From: Ranitomeya imitator
Lineage: Eukaryota
Assembly: GCF_032444005.1 (NCBI RefSeq)
Contig: NC_091284.1
Span: 415,090,001-415,154,000, forward strand
Length of the DNA: 64,000 nucleotides
Direction of reading: 5' to 3'
The notes under the pieces were generated by a model. That model saw only the letters and a program-made list of their open reading frames with translations. It was not told the origin of the DNA and searched no databases. Positions within the stretch are counted from its first letter, which is position 1. Every line of letters begins with the position of its first letter. Position numbers and translations under genes: made by a program. Of this stretch, positions 12,601 to 23,879 are shown piece after piece.

Positions 12601-15600
12601 GTGATGAGCGAATATACTCGTTACTCTAGATTTCCCGAGCACGGTCGGGTGTCCTCCGAGTATTTTTTAGTGCTCGGAGATTTAGTTGCTAGGGAATCCC
12701 CACATTTAATCAAGCTGGCTAGTAGCTGTAAATCATTCAGCTGCCGCGATGAAAAAAAAACAATCTCCGAGCACTAAAAAAAAATACTTAGAGGACACCC
12801 GAGCGTGCTCAGGAAGTCTCGAGTAACGAGTATATTCGCTCATCACTACCTAGGACCCCCAGTGCCGCAAAGCAACCGTGCTATCCACAGCCAACATGCT
12901 GCCATTTTTTAATTAAAGACAGAGTTTTTGACTGAACAGCTGTCCTATTTATATTCCTACACTTTCTGAAAACCAACATGGATACAATTTTTATTCTCTT
13001 TTCTCATTCCCTAAGGTCCTCATACATATTAGAAGAAAATTGGTTGAACCCGCAGATTTTGACAGGACTGGCAGACCATCAGTGTACGAGGCCTCCCCAG
13101 AGATGTCAGGAGACAAAGATCAGGCTAGTAGAATTTCAACAGCTGATCCATTTGTTCTCATGAAAGAGGAGAGATGTGTGCCAACAGCTCACACTTGTCC
13201 CAGGATGGGCGCTGATGTGTATGAGAAGTCAGGTGAGACAGCTGTTAGCTAAGCGTTCATTCTACAGGCAGACATCTCATATGCATGGCTAGCTTTACCA
13301 ACGATTTAACCAAAGTGCATGCCTTCATCACACTTAGGATGGACAAGATCCATCTTCCTCTCGGACCTCTTCATTGGATCTGTAACTCAGCTATTCGATT
13401 CATCAAGCCACTAACTCTATGAAACCTCTCCTCCCTCCCTCTAGAGTCGCTCCCACATCTTTCCATTTATCTTGAGTTGTGACAGGCAGGTTAGCACTTC
13501 TACTGCCTTGAAGGCTAAGAGAAGGTGTACATGGGACTCTTCTGCTGCTAGATTTCAAATATAATGCCAATCAATTTACGCTGTGGATTGTATCCATAGC
13601 GAGTGGATCCAATTTTGTGAAATCTATAAAGTGCTGCTACTGTAACATGCTGCAGATTTTCCGCCTGTAAAATCCAATGCCTAAACAACGTGTGCACCTA
13701 ACTTAAAAGGGTTCTCCTCTAAAAAGGTGAATTCGGCAGTGGGGTTACAATAATAGATTGCATACTCCCGCACTTGGCCATCAGCTCCCTCAGTGTCTGC
13801 CAAGCATGAAAAAGTATGCATGCTCTTATTGTTTTAACCCCCACTGCTGAAATTTACTTATGGAGAAGTGTATATAAAAATCTTCTACCACCAGTTCCAT
13901 TATTGGATAGGCTACAGACTAAAATGGCCACACTTACAGACTATCACTATAGTATTTCATACTGTAAACTTCTACGGTCCCCCACCACATACCTCCTCTT
14001 TAGCTGTGGCTTTGATTGAAGAAAATCCAGCTTTCAACTGTATTTATATATTCTTACAATATTGGTATTGTATCATGCAATGATATTGAGGATGATAGCA
14101 ATATGTAAATTGTAATAGTGTTTACGGCATATGAATTGAACAACTTTTCCCCATTTTGTACACTTATGTTGCAGGGTCATTCCCAATATTTTTTTCTTCC
14201 CACCTGCTGAAATCATCTAGCACTTTATAAAAAAGTAGCCACTGGCTTCTTACCTCTAGTAATATTCTCTCCCTGGTTAAGTTGTGCAAACAGCTGTGAA
14301 CGAGCCTGAGAATCATCACTTGGAGCGGAGGCTGAGGATAGGGCTGGTGGGGGAGGGGGAGGTGGTCCCCCAGGTGGTGGTGGTGGTGGAGGTCCAACTT
14401 TGGGGGCAGACGGAGCACTTGGTGCAGAAGTAGAAGGTCCAGCCTTTGGCCCCTAATGAAAAAGCAAAGACAAAGCACAATTTCTAAGCAATCAAGTAAA
14501 GGACTATTCAAATATCATTACAAGTTTAAGGAAACAAGAATTACACTTACAGTCTTTCTCCAACTTAAGCCAGTTGTGTGATGTTCCTTGATGTACGCCT
14601 GCAGCTCCGTCCAGATGTTCAGATATGAGCGGACCCAGTCGACATGTTTCTTATCACTGTCAGAAACCCAGAAAGGTAACCAATACATTACTTCTGTTTC
14701 TATGTGTGTCATGTGCTCTGGATCTAGGAAATCACTGAAACAACAACTTACACATCCTTGTATTCCTTTAAGACTCTGTTGGTGTAAAACATAGCTGCAT
14801 CAGTCATTTCCTTCACATAGGGACCAGGCTTGGGAGACTTAAAAGTGGAGAATGGAAAAATAAGATAAAAAGCATAAATGTAGAAGATAAAACTACCAAG
14901 TAAAAATTAAGTGGAAATAATGGTAACAACGGGACTTCGCAATAATAAATCACTCATTAGAGAACAGTTCACACTTTCTACCCAACTTAAAGAGAACTAC
15001 TCATGTGATTTTTGCTGCCCACCCGAACTGCAGGCAGCCTGAACCACAGTCTGGCTGCACATTTGCACCTCCGCTCCGGCATTTCAGAGAAAGTAGGGTA
15101 TACTTTGAAGATCTGGTTGGGGACCATACCCGGGAGATGAGGCTATGCTGGTTCTGCCCCAGATTCTTCTCAGTGTTGCTTGTGGTGATCAACAGGTGTC
15201 TTCCTCGCATGTACAATGCAAGAGACTTGTCAATCATCTATAGCAATGTTAGGAAAAGTCAACCGGGGGGTGAGCCGGACTGGACTATCTGTTGAGTGGC
15301 CACTCATTGGCTGCACTAAGCTTGTGAGACAACCAGTTACATCAGGGACAGCAGTGCCAACATCACTGGAATAGTGCCGCTGGAGGTGGTGGCTATAGTT
15401 TTTATTTCAATTGGAGCCCCGAAATGATTAAACTAGGATTGCCCAGTAGTGGACAACCCCTTTAAAGTCAGGGACATTTTTCATTGTTGCCCACTGGTTT
15501 CTTCTATTGACTTCTTCCATAAGCCATAACTTTATTTCCCTGTCAACATAGAAAATGGATAGTTTTGCCACTTTGCCAAATGAAAGACACTATGTGGATG

Positions 15601-18600
15601 ACATCGGATATGTCATACGAAGCAAGAATGACGGCGATCATAAGAAGAGGAGTCACCGGATCAAGACCAGAGACGCCCATCGGACCGTGCTGCAGTGTAG
15701 GCGGGTATAATAAAAGGTCTTTTTCGTGTTCTGCAGAGTGCATTATAGAACGCTGTGTATGAGCGTGTACAGGTGTTGGCCCTACTTTATATGGGAAGAT
15801 CTTGTGACAGGTTCCCTCTAAGTTTGTTGAGTTTAACTCCTTCATGCTCCATGACATACCATTACATCATGTAGCCTGTAAGGAACTTTGGAGCAGGCTC
15901 AGAAGCCGAGCCTACTCCACACACATTAATCTGACAGCAATGATCAGCTCAGTCGATGACTGCCGTTAACAGCTTAAATATGAATTATATAGATTTGGTA
16001 TTCCTGCATCTGGTATAGTCCAGTCAAAATATAAAGTTAAATATTTTGGTAAACGCTGTAATGAGAAATAAGGGTTAAATGCTACAACTGCATGTTTTTG
16101 TTACCCCAATGCTATAAAAAAAATGGAAAAAGAAGCGATCAGTACAGTAAGTAACCCAAAATTGTAGAAGTAAAAACACTGGCTCACTAAGGCCCCTTTC
16201 ACACATCAGTTTTTTTGCTATCTGCCTCAATCTGTCGAATTTTGAAAAAACTGATCCAGCGACTAATACCGCCGAACCCGTTTTTTTCTCATAGACTTGT
16301 ATTAGCGACGGATGGCCTCACGTTTCATTAGTCGTTTACCGGATACGTAGAAAATTGTCTGGCAGCCGGAGACAACGGACAAAGTAACGTTTGTGTCTGT
16401 TGAAAAAACAGACAGCGACGGATCAGCCGCCGTCCGTCGTTTGCTAGAATTGAAGCCCATGGGCGCCGGATCCGTCAAATGACGGAATCAGTCAACGGAT
16501 CAGCTAGTCAGATGAGTCGAAAAAAAACGGATGCGTTGCATCAGTTTTTCACAACCTGTGATGGTTTTTTTTTTTCAAAACTCGACGGATTGCGACTGAT
16601 GCCAAAAAACTGATGTGTGAAAGGGGCCTAACCAAAAAACAAGCCCCCCCTTTCCCCACAGCTTTATTGATGGTAAGGAAAAATAGTTATGGATCTTAGA
16701 AAATGACCATGCAAACTAAAAACAAAAAACTCCTGAATGTTTGGTAGCCATATAAATCCTACTGACCTGGAGAATCATGTTCCCAGGTAATTTTGTACTG
16801 TACAATGAACTGCAAAAATAACACCCAAGAAACAATGGCAAAAATGCAGGGTTTTTCTAAGGCTGGGTTCACATTGCGTTCAGTGTCTCCGTTTAACGGA
16901 CTACGTTACACCACGGCATAATGCGGTGTAACGTAGTCCGTTAACGGCGCCATTGAATGCAATGTCGGACGCATCGCTAGTGCACGCCCACAATGGGCGT
17001 GCACTAGCGATGCGTCCGACATTGAGTGACTGACCCGAGTCGTGGGCTGCAGCGTTTCCGGGTCCGTCACCGCTAGCGCAGATGGAGCTAGCAGATGCTC
17101 CATCTGCGCTAGCGCTGTGCAAAGTCAGCACTTGCGTCAGCCCAGTCCATTTAACGTATGCGTTAAATGGACTGCACTAACGCAATGTGAACCTAGCCTT
17201 ACCATTTCACTGAACTTAGACTTTTTTTTTTACATGTACCCTTACACACTACAATATATTGTAAAATAAATAGGGTCATTAAAAACTACATCTTGCCTGG
17301 CAAAAAAAAAAAAGTTATGGCTGCTTCAAGGAACGAGAGGGAAAAATAAAAATGCAAAAATGAAAATCTGCAGTGGAAGGAAATCTATAATCTTTTATTT
17401 TTATAGAGCGCTAACATATTCCGCAGCGCTTTACAGGTCGCACACTTTATCATCACTGTCCCCGATGGGGCTCACAATCTAAATTCCCTATCAATATGTC
17501 TTTGGAATGTGGGAGGAAACCGGAGAACCCGGAGGAAACCCACGCAAACACGGGGAGAACATACAAACTCTTTGCAGATGTTGTCCTGGGTGGGATTAGA
17601 ACCCAGGACCCCAGCGTTGCAGTGCTAACCACTGCGCCATCATGCTGGATTTGTGTTGCCATTTTCTGAGGCCATAACTTTAATTTTCCATTGGTGGAGC
17701 AGTACAAGTGCCTTTTTTTGCATTGGGATTTGCAGTTCTTTTAATTTTTAAAGCCTTTAATTCTTTTACACTTTTTTTTGTTTCGGAATTGAATTTGCTG
17801 CACTATTGTACTGGCATATATAGTACAACAACAATCTAATAGGAGCACCAAGATGGCAGGATTTCAGCAAGACCCTGGCTGCCATGGTAACCCACCCCAC
17901 AACTACGTCTTTACAGAAATATTTTTTGTCTTTAAAAGCCTATGTCCTCTATTCTAAGGCAGTGTTTAGAGTAGTTCATTTACACAATGCTAGTCATTCT
18001 TTCTAAAGCAATGGGGGACATATAAACACCCACACAAACATTTCTGCACTAGATTAGAATAAATGAAAGGAAAAAGGAAGGATTAGAGAAAAATGGATGC
18101 ATTGCAACCCACCATTGCCACCCATCCAAGAGCAGGAACACTTTCGCTGATGGCGGAAAGATGATTGAATTGTTTGCTGGTCCTATTTTTCTCTCTGAAG
18201 TCTTGAACAGCCTGAATCTGTTTGGACAGAGGAGCTAACAGCGCAGAAAGATCTTTCTATAGGACGCAATCACCCAAAAAAAAAAAAAAGGAAAGAAAAT
18301 TAGATTTAGTATTATAGGTTTTTTTCTCCCAATTATGAAATGTTCTTACTAAAGAGGAAATGACAATTAAACCTTTCACTATAATGTCCGTAAATGCAGT
18401 TGAAAGGTTCTGCATTATTTATATGTACAATTAGCAACCAAAAATAAAAACAACTGAATTATTCATTAGGCTTTACTATAGTAGTGGAGTAACAGGACAT
18501 CAATAAGATTAATTACTACTCAGTGTTATTCCATTTCTATTGAGGGGAGGAAAAAAAAAAAAACATATGGATCTGGCTCCAACTACTTGTTAAATGCAAA

Positions 18601-21600
18601 ATTCAAGCATATGACTGTTTTCAGTCATGAGAGGCTAGAGATCTGCGTGACAAAATGGATCTGTCCCCTAAATATGCTGCACTCGAATCTTGATCTAAAA
18701 CTTTGGCGTATGTACTGAGGAAAGTCCCCGCACCCATTTCCACAGATGCCCATGCACTCAACAGAAGTCCTCTTGGAATATGATGGACAGTAGGGTGTGG
18801 GAGTTACTTATTTCCCATCTTTACTATTCAATAAATGGTAGTCTGTTGCCAATACCCATTTTGCCTTGTATAAGGACTGACAGATTTCTTTAATAAGTTG
18901 CCCAGATATGGGGCAGCATATTAACACTAGGACTACTGGTATAGTCATTTTTGACTACTTACTCGCAGTAGTTCTAGTCAGGGTTCATGAGTCCAGTAGT
19001 CCTAGTGTTAAGGTACCAGATCTGTGAACGTAGGTATGTGATGAGTCAGTCGATGGCACTTAAAAAATTTAGTGTGTAGATTCCCATGAAAATTTACAAC
19101 ATATGTCAATTTTCCATTCTTAAAGGGAACCTGTCACCCCGAAAATCGCGGGTGAGGTAATCCCACCGGCATCAGGGGCTTATCTGCAGCATTCTGTAAT
19201 GCTGTAGATAAGCCCCCGATGTTACCTGAAAGAGGAGAAAAAGACGGTATATTATACTCATCCCGGGGCGGTCCTGCTGCTGGTTAGGTCGGATGGGCGT
19301 CTCTGGTCCGCTGCGGCGCCTCCCATCTTCATTACAAAGACGTCCTCTTCTGATCTTCAGCCACGGCTCCGGCGCAGGCGTTCTTTGCTCTGCCCTCTTG
19401 AGGGCAGAGGATAGTACTGTAGTGCGCAGGCGCCGGAAAGGTCAGAGGCCCGGCGCCTGCGCACTGCGTCTGCCCTCAACAGGGCAGAGCAAAGAACGCC
19501 TGCGCCGGAGCCGTGGCTGAAGATCAGAAGAGGACGTCTTGTAATGAAGATGGGAGGCGCCGCAGCGGACCAGAGACGCCCATCCGACCTGACCAGCAGC
19601 GGGACCGCCCCGGGGTGAGTATAATATAACGTCTTTTTCTCCTCTTTCAGGTAACATCGGGGGCTTATCTACAGCATTACAGAATGCTATAGATAAGCCC
19701 CTGATGCCGGTGGGCTTACCTCACCCGCGATTTTCGGGGCGACAGGTTCCCTTTAATAGTCGTGCCATTGAAAGCAGAACAATATGTGCAACACTTACAC
19801 ATACAAGGTCGAGGAACAAGGAACAGAGCATGAACACGTAACAGGAAATACTGACATGCAAGACAGGAAATATTGTGCCAAATGTAGCATACCTCGTCTG
19901 GCTGCTGAAACTGTGATGCTTTAACCAAGATATCACGCTGTATGTTTAGGCCTGCAAGCAACAAACCAGCCTAAAGAAATAAGAATGGGAAAGTTATCAT
20001 CCGCCATCATTTCTGGATGTTTATATCAATATGATCAAAGCTAACAAAAGTACCTGAGTGCGACAATCAGTCTGCAGGCCGTAGAGTCTATCACGGGTCA
20101 CCAGGAGCAATCCACAGCACATGGCTACAGCATTTTACATTTCTGAAGAGGGAGATACAGATCTTGCCCACTCCCCACAAGTGCACACATCATTATTGAT
20201 CACTTCACTCATTTCCTCATCTACCCATCAAAATACATCTTGCAAAAGGCATCTCTCACACACCTATATCAACATTTGCATACTTTTGTTCTTATCCAAA
20301 GAAAATATGTTCTATACATATATTGGATATGCACATAAAAATGAGATGGAAAGTCTATGTTCAAAAATGCGGCTTTTTTCAGAATTGGTCTGCACCAAAA
20401 TACAGAACAGCAATCTGCATTGATAATTTTCTGTCTGCGCTTGTTGCAGAAGTTTGTGAAGAAAACGGGGGAGGGTATTATAAGCCAAATGTAGCTTACC
20501 GTGGGGAATGGTTGGGAGGAAATCACAGGCTAATCTCTTCCCCCATGATCTCAATCTGAGCATGCGCCGCCTCTGGCGATCATTTTTTTTCTAAAGCCGA
20601 CTACCAGGAAATCAATGGGAAGTGTGGGGACTCCCCGCCAACATTTTCTGAAAGTCCAGGGCCCTCAGCCTCGCACCACCAGGACAACCCCCTCCTCCCA
20701 GCCCAGGGCCCGCAGCATCGCCTCATTCCTGCCTTCTGTGACCTCGCTCCCATGCCCGCCTGTAAATTCATACTATAAGGGCTCATACTCACTTGTGAGA
20801 AACTCGGATGAGTCTCGCACGCTAATACCCTGCACTCAGGAGCGGAGCGTGCGGCCGCATAGCAATACATGCAGCCGCACGCTTCGATCCGAGTGCTGGG
20901 TGGAGTGCCAGGTATTGACGTGCGAGACTCAGTTTCTCGCAAGTGAGTATGAGCCCTTAGACGGACCACCATTTCATAAAAAATATATATATATTTTTTT
21001 TTTCTCCCCCAAAGTATGGTAGTATCTTATATAGTCCTCAAAATAAGGTACATTTTTAAAATGCATTTTTTTCCAGAATCCCCATAGAAACCTATATGAG
21101 GGAAAAAAAAATGTGTAGCATGGCATGAGTTTTTATGCAATCACATTTAATTTGCTTGAACTGTTAAACACAACAGATTTTCTGCACACAACAAAATTCA
21201 GTGGAAAAAGTGTAGTGGTTATGTCATTTGGGAACATGGCTTTATGCATGTTCATATGCAGCATTTTTGTAGATTTTTTTCTGCAGAAAAGCAATTGAAT
21301 TTTACAATACCAGCAAAAACTATGATGCGGTTTTTTATGCTGATTTTGTGCGGATTTCATGCGTTTTTACCCCTGCGGATTTCTGTAATGGAATGGGTAC
21401 AAAAACACTGCAGATCCGCACAAAATAACATGCTACTTCTTTTGATCGGCGGCGTTTCCGCACGGAATTTTCCGCACCATTAGTACAGCATTTTTTTTCC
21501 CATTGATTTACATTGTACTGCACTTGCGGATCTGCAGCGTTTCTGCACGGAAAAAAAAAAACCACTGCGGATCCGCAGTAAATCCGCAATGTGTGGATAT

Positions 21601-22422
21601 AGCCTAAATCTGAAAAATAACAATTCTTTCAGTGTTTTTCACCCATGGAAATCAATTAGAAAGTTCAAAAATACTGCAAAAAAAAGAGCAAACAGGTCTT
21701 GCTGCGTTTTTGCAATGTTTTCAGTGAATAAAACTAACTTTATTAAACATATACTGTAGACAAATCACACATGTAATCCGCACTCAAATGCTGCAAAAAA
21801 ATGAAGTAAGAACGCCAAGTGTGAATATAGCTTTAGTGTTTACCCTGACTATAATGGAGCATACCCCATTCATTGCCAACACTATGGACTTCTCCCTTCA
21901 TCTTGGCTGACATACACTATATTTTAATCACATATTTCAGCAGTATTTGGCATCAAGCATTTGTAAGCCAAAACCTGGAGTATGAAGAAGAAATAGAAGA
22001 GGTGCAAATCTGTCATTAATTTTTCTTTCTCCATAGGTTCCACTCTATATTTTGGCTTACAAATAGTAATGCAAACTACTGACACGAGTGTAAAAGTGAC
22101 CCAGGAAACTCTATACATGGTTTCAATTACACTCACCTGCTTTTCCACATCTCCACCTATTTCCTTGCTGATTTTCAGAAATTCTCCTACTGCTCCACTG
22201 ACGAGAGCATCATAGGCCTGAACAAACTGTGCAGTGTCTACAGTAAAATCACACAAGAAAGAGAGACGTTAAGCGAATCATAAGTCTATAAATATTGCAT
22301 GCCGATAAAACATCAACCTCCTCACCTGCGGCACAAGATCCAGCTCCTGATCCTCCTGCGAAAAGCTCCAGCTTTCCCACTGCCGTCTCCAGACGCTGAA
22401 CTAGGCTTTGCAGGTCCGCCAT
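566..22422 (-). CDS. CAP1: Adenylyl cyclase-associated protein 1, spliced CDS, 12 coding exons, 478 aa
   Basis: Exon lengths 97+101+78+144+86+106+199+191+124+83+144+84 = 1437 nt join in frame with GT-AG introns. The translation runs from [19 protein letters not shown] to [26 protein letters not shown]. The C-terminus and KTHKNPALK match CAP1 rather than CAP2, by recall of the human proteins. Confidence 0.96.
828..971 (-). CDS. CAP1: CAP1 coding exon 11 ([48 protein letters not shown])
   Basis: 144 nt, TAG acceptor, GTAAGT donor. Confidence 0.96.
1675..4128 (-). mobile_element. Tc1/mariner element with long TIRs and a degenerate transposase, interrupted by a TTAA-element insert (about 2925-3908)
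   Basis: TA TSDs at 1673-1674 and 4129-4130; about 200-bp inverted termini (CAAATGCTTCTCAC / GTGAGAAGCACTTG); minus-strand ORF fragments contain QQDLAPVH and [14 protein letters not shown]. Confidence 0.9.
3152..3434. mobile_element. Fold-back MITE, T2/Kolobok-like (TTAA TSD, AGGGAACC termini)
   Basis: TTAA on both sides; left and right halves are inverted copies over about 130 bp. Confidence 0.85.
4790..5140 (+). mobile_element. Short repeat element carrying a degenerate hammerhead motif (Penelope- or retrozyme-like)
   Basis: Contains TTTGCA-CTGATGA-GGGG cagta CCCC-AAAA-CAGTGTC-TGTAAA; element boundaries are approximate. Confidence 0.5.
4972..5014 (+). ncRNA. Degenerate type I hammerhead ribozyme motif
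   Basis: CUGAUGA core, 4-bp stem II, 6-bp stem I (one G-U), GUC site; catalytic G12 appears mutated to A. Confidence 0.6.
5377..5600. mobile_element. T2/Kolobok-like MITE
   Basis: TTAA-ATGGGGTTGTTC ... GGACAACCCCT-TTAA. Confidence 0.6.
5942..6024 (-). CDS. CAP1: CAP1 coding exon 10 ([28 protein letters not shown])
   Basis: 83 nt, CAG acceptor, GTATG donor; the preceding intron is only 79 nt. Confidence 0.96.
6104..6227 (-). CDS. CAP1: CAP1 coding exon 9 ([41 protein letters not shown])
   Basis: 124 nt, CAG acceptor, GTAAGC donor. Confidence 0.96.
6504..6888. mobile_element. PIF/Harbinger-type MITE (GGTACC-TCACAC termini)
   Basis: TAA flanks and inverted termini; same family as 62221-62924. 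Confidence 0.75.
8751..10371 (+). mobile_element. Full-length Tc1/mariner element with a mildly degenerate transposase (ORF 9256-10200)
   Basis: TA TSDs; TIRs CAGTACAGACCAAAAGTTTGGACAC; [15 protein letters not shown] and DLNPIEMVW motifs; the true start near 9165 is separated from the ORF by a frameshift and a TGA. Confidence 0.95.
10922..11112 (-). CDS. CAP1: CAP1 coding exon 8 (WH2 end, P2 region, start of CARP)
   Basis: 191 nt; [30 protein letters not shown]...[10 protein letters not shown]; canonical splice sites. Confidence 0.96.
11440..12049. mobile_element. T2/Kolobok-like MITE, left end truncated
   Basis: Right end GGCAGGTTCACT-TTAA; internal inverted halves similar to 19124-19752. 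Confidence 0.65.
12599..12848. mobile_element. hAT-type MITE with an 8-bp TSD
   Basis: TIRs TAGTGATGAGCGAATATACTCGTTAC; perfect TSD CCTAGGAC at 12591-12598 and 12849-12856; inserted into a decayed SINE head. Confidence 0.92.
14254..14452 (-). CDS. CAP1: CAP1 coding exon 7 (P1 polyproline region and start of WH2)
   Basis: 199 nt; [21 protein letters not shown]7-GG-P7[30 protein letters not shown]; TAG acceptor, GTAAG donor. Confidence 0.94.
14551..14656 (-). CDS. CAP1: CAP1 coding exon 6 ([35 protein letters not shown])
   Basis: 106 nt, CAG acceptor, GTAAGT donor. Confidence 0.96.
14752..14837 (-). CDS. CAP1: CAP1 coding exon 5 ([29 protein letters not shown])
   Basis: 86 nt, AAG acceptor, GTAAGT donor. 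Confidence 0.96.
16191..16628. mobile_element. PIF/Harbinger MITE
   Basis: TAA TSDs; TIRs GGCCCCTTTCACACATCAG. Confidence 0.88.
16861..17198. mobile_element. PIF/Harbinger MITE
   Basis: TAA/TTA flanks; TIRs GGCTGGGTTCACATTGCGTT / AACGCAATGTGAACCTAGCC. Confidence 0.85.
17392..17646 (-). mobile_element. tRNA-derived SINE (V-SINE-like core, L2-like tail)
   Basis: Minus strand has A-box TGGCGCAGTGG, B-box GGTTCTAATCC, core GTTTGTATGTTCTCCCCGTG...GGTTTCCTCCCAC and tail GTAAAGCGCTGCGG...GCGCTCTATAAAAATAAAAG. Confidence 0.85.
18113..18256 (-). CDS. CAP1: CAP1 coding exon 4 ([48 protein letters not shown])
   Basis: 144 nt, canonical splice sites, FREKNR and FNHLSA motifs. Confidence 0.96.
18925..19007. 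mobile_element. 83-bp TTAA-flanked mini-MITE
   Basis: TTAA + CACTAGGACTACTGG ... CCAGTAGTCCTAGTG + TTAA (perfect 15-bp TIR). Confidence 0.75.
19124..19752. mobile_element. T2/Kolobok-like fold-back MITE
   Basis: TTAA TSDs; AGGGAACCTGTCACCCCGAAAATCGCG termini; nearly fully palindromic. Confidence 0.9.
19893..19970 (-). CDS. CAP1: CAP1 coding exon 3 ([26 protein letters not shown])
   Basis: 78 nt, TAG acceptor, GTATGC donor, aligns with the CAP1 helical folded domain. Confidence 0.9.
20779..20956. mobile_element. PIF/Harbinger MITE
   Basis: TAA/TTA flanks; GGGCTCATACTCACTTG / CAAGTGAGTATGAGCCC. Confidence 0.8.
22137..22237 (-). CDS. CAP1: CAP1 coding exon 2 ([34 protein letters not shown])
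   Basis: TAG acceptor, GTGAGT donor, 101 nt, phase consistent. Confidence 0.95.
22326..22422 (-). CDS. CAP1: CAP1 coding exon 1 (ATG; [32 protein letters not shown])
   Basis: ATG at 22422; acceptor CAG 10 nt upstream (exon starts 22432); donor GTGAG at 22325-22321; N-terminal RLE oligomerisation motif. Confidence 0.93.
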
Positions 22423-23879
22423 GATTTACAACCTGATGGAATAATAGCAAGGAGAATAACTGGAAAACAATGGAACAGATTAAAAGAAAGAAAATGAAAT
22501 AAGACACTGGGAAAAACTGCTTTCCTGAAGATCTACAAGGATGTTTCCAAGACCAGAGTATGTACTGCTGCACCGAACAAGGAAGTATTGCAGCCAGTGC
22601 TGGAGGCAACCTATATCAGTACTACGGGAAGTGGCTGAGCATGTCCGAGCAGACACAAGGTATTCCACAAATGCAAACACCGCCTTTTACTTTCCTGGTT
22701 CAAATCAAGTACCATAAGTGCTCCCATCATACTGATCAGTGACCGTTATATCAAACTTCCTCGTCATTAAATCGATAATTGGGCCTCTAAAATGGAAACA
22801 TCCTAGAGTACCAAATAGTAGCAGGTACATAAATGGCTGGGATTACCGTACACAACAGTAAGACTGGAGCAGAGATCCATCCATGATAATTGCAGATAAC
22901 CATTGAGCTTATGGATACTTAGTAACAGGAGTAATACACGGGAGGGGGATTTATTACTATCCAACTTTAAAGGGAACCTCCCAACGGGATTCCTCTATAA
23001 TCCATTGCCGCCACCACCTTGTTTTACCTGAAAAGATCTTTACAATGTTGCAGAGATTAGTGAATTGCAGAGCCGCATCCGCTCTGATTTGACCAATGAA
23101 ACACTCCTGCGTCGCACGCAAAGCATCCGCTTACGTGCCCTGTTAAGTCTGGGGCTACACTGGTAGCTGTGTGCCGCCACTAAAACTGCAGCCCCATGCT
23201 ATTGAGACCGGCTTGTGGTGACCTTGCGCAGAGCAATACGATCCAATACACTTGCACTATGCTTCAATGCAGCAGAACCTAACTCGCACCTTAAATCACC
23301 ACGTAGCCCCAGCCAAAATCTTCATCAGAGCCTCCACGGAACTTCTGATAGAAGCGTATTTCACTTCAAGGTCATCCATGGATGTCCTTGTGTAAGCAAG
23401 GTAACCAAGGTTCTGCACTTGTACAGGGTCTTCCCCATTTATTTGATGACCAGCACAAAAGAATATGGCTACGACGAGGGAGTTTAATTCATACAGTTCA
23501 CGTGCAGCGCTACAATGGACTAATCTGGAAGTTGAGGAAGATGTTCAGGTTAAACATGGCGGCGACAATGGTTTAAATGGGAAATCTTGGGGGCGGGCTC
23601 CTCCTAAACTTCACCCATCAAAAGTGGCCAGCTTTGGCTCTGACATTAGTCTTGCTGTATGACCATATGGGTTCTGAGCTATGGGTCTTTATATTTTATG
23701 GGGGGGCACACGTGGGTATAAAGGCAGATCAGCCTAATCACAGCCCCCCAGAGAATTCTGCAAGCAATGCCCCCTTCATAAAGTCCAGAAAGAAGAGCAC
23801 TAAATAGAAGGGTCCAGATCTGGTGCGACAAAACAATGGCGCAATGAGGGGAGCACAGTCTGCACCTGGGGACAGGAGT

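Noticed and set aside
14164-14511. 115-aa His/Pro-rich ORF
   Set aside because: It is an alternative frame over CAP1 coding exon 7.
23000-23800. Cluster of 60-90 aa ORFs in CAP1 intron 1 as a nested gene
   Set aside because: No motifs, no consistent splice pattern, and lengths within chance expectation.
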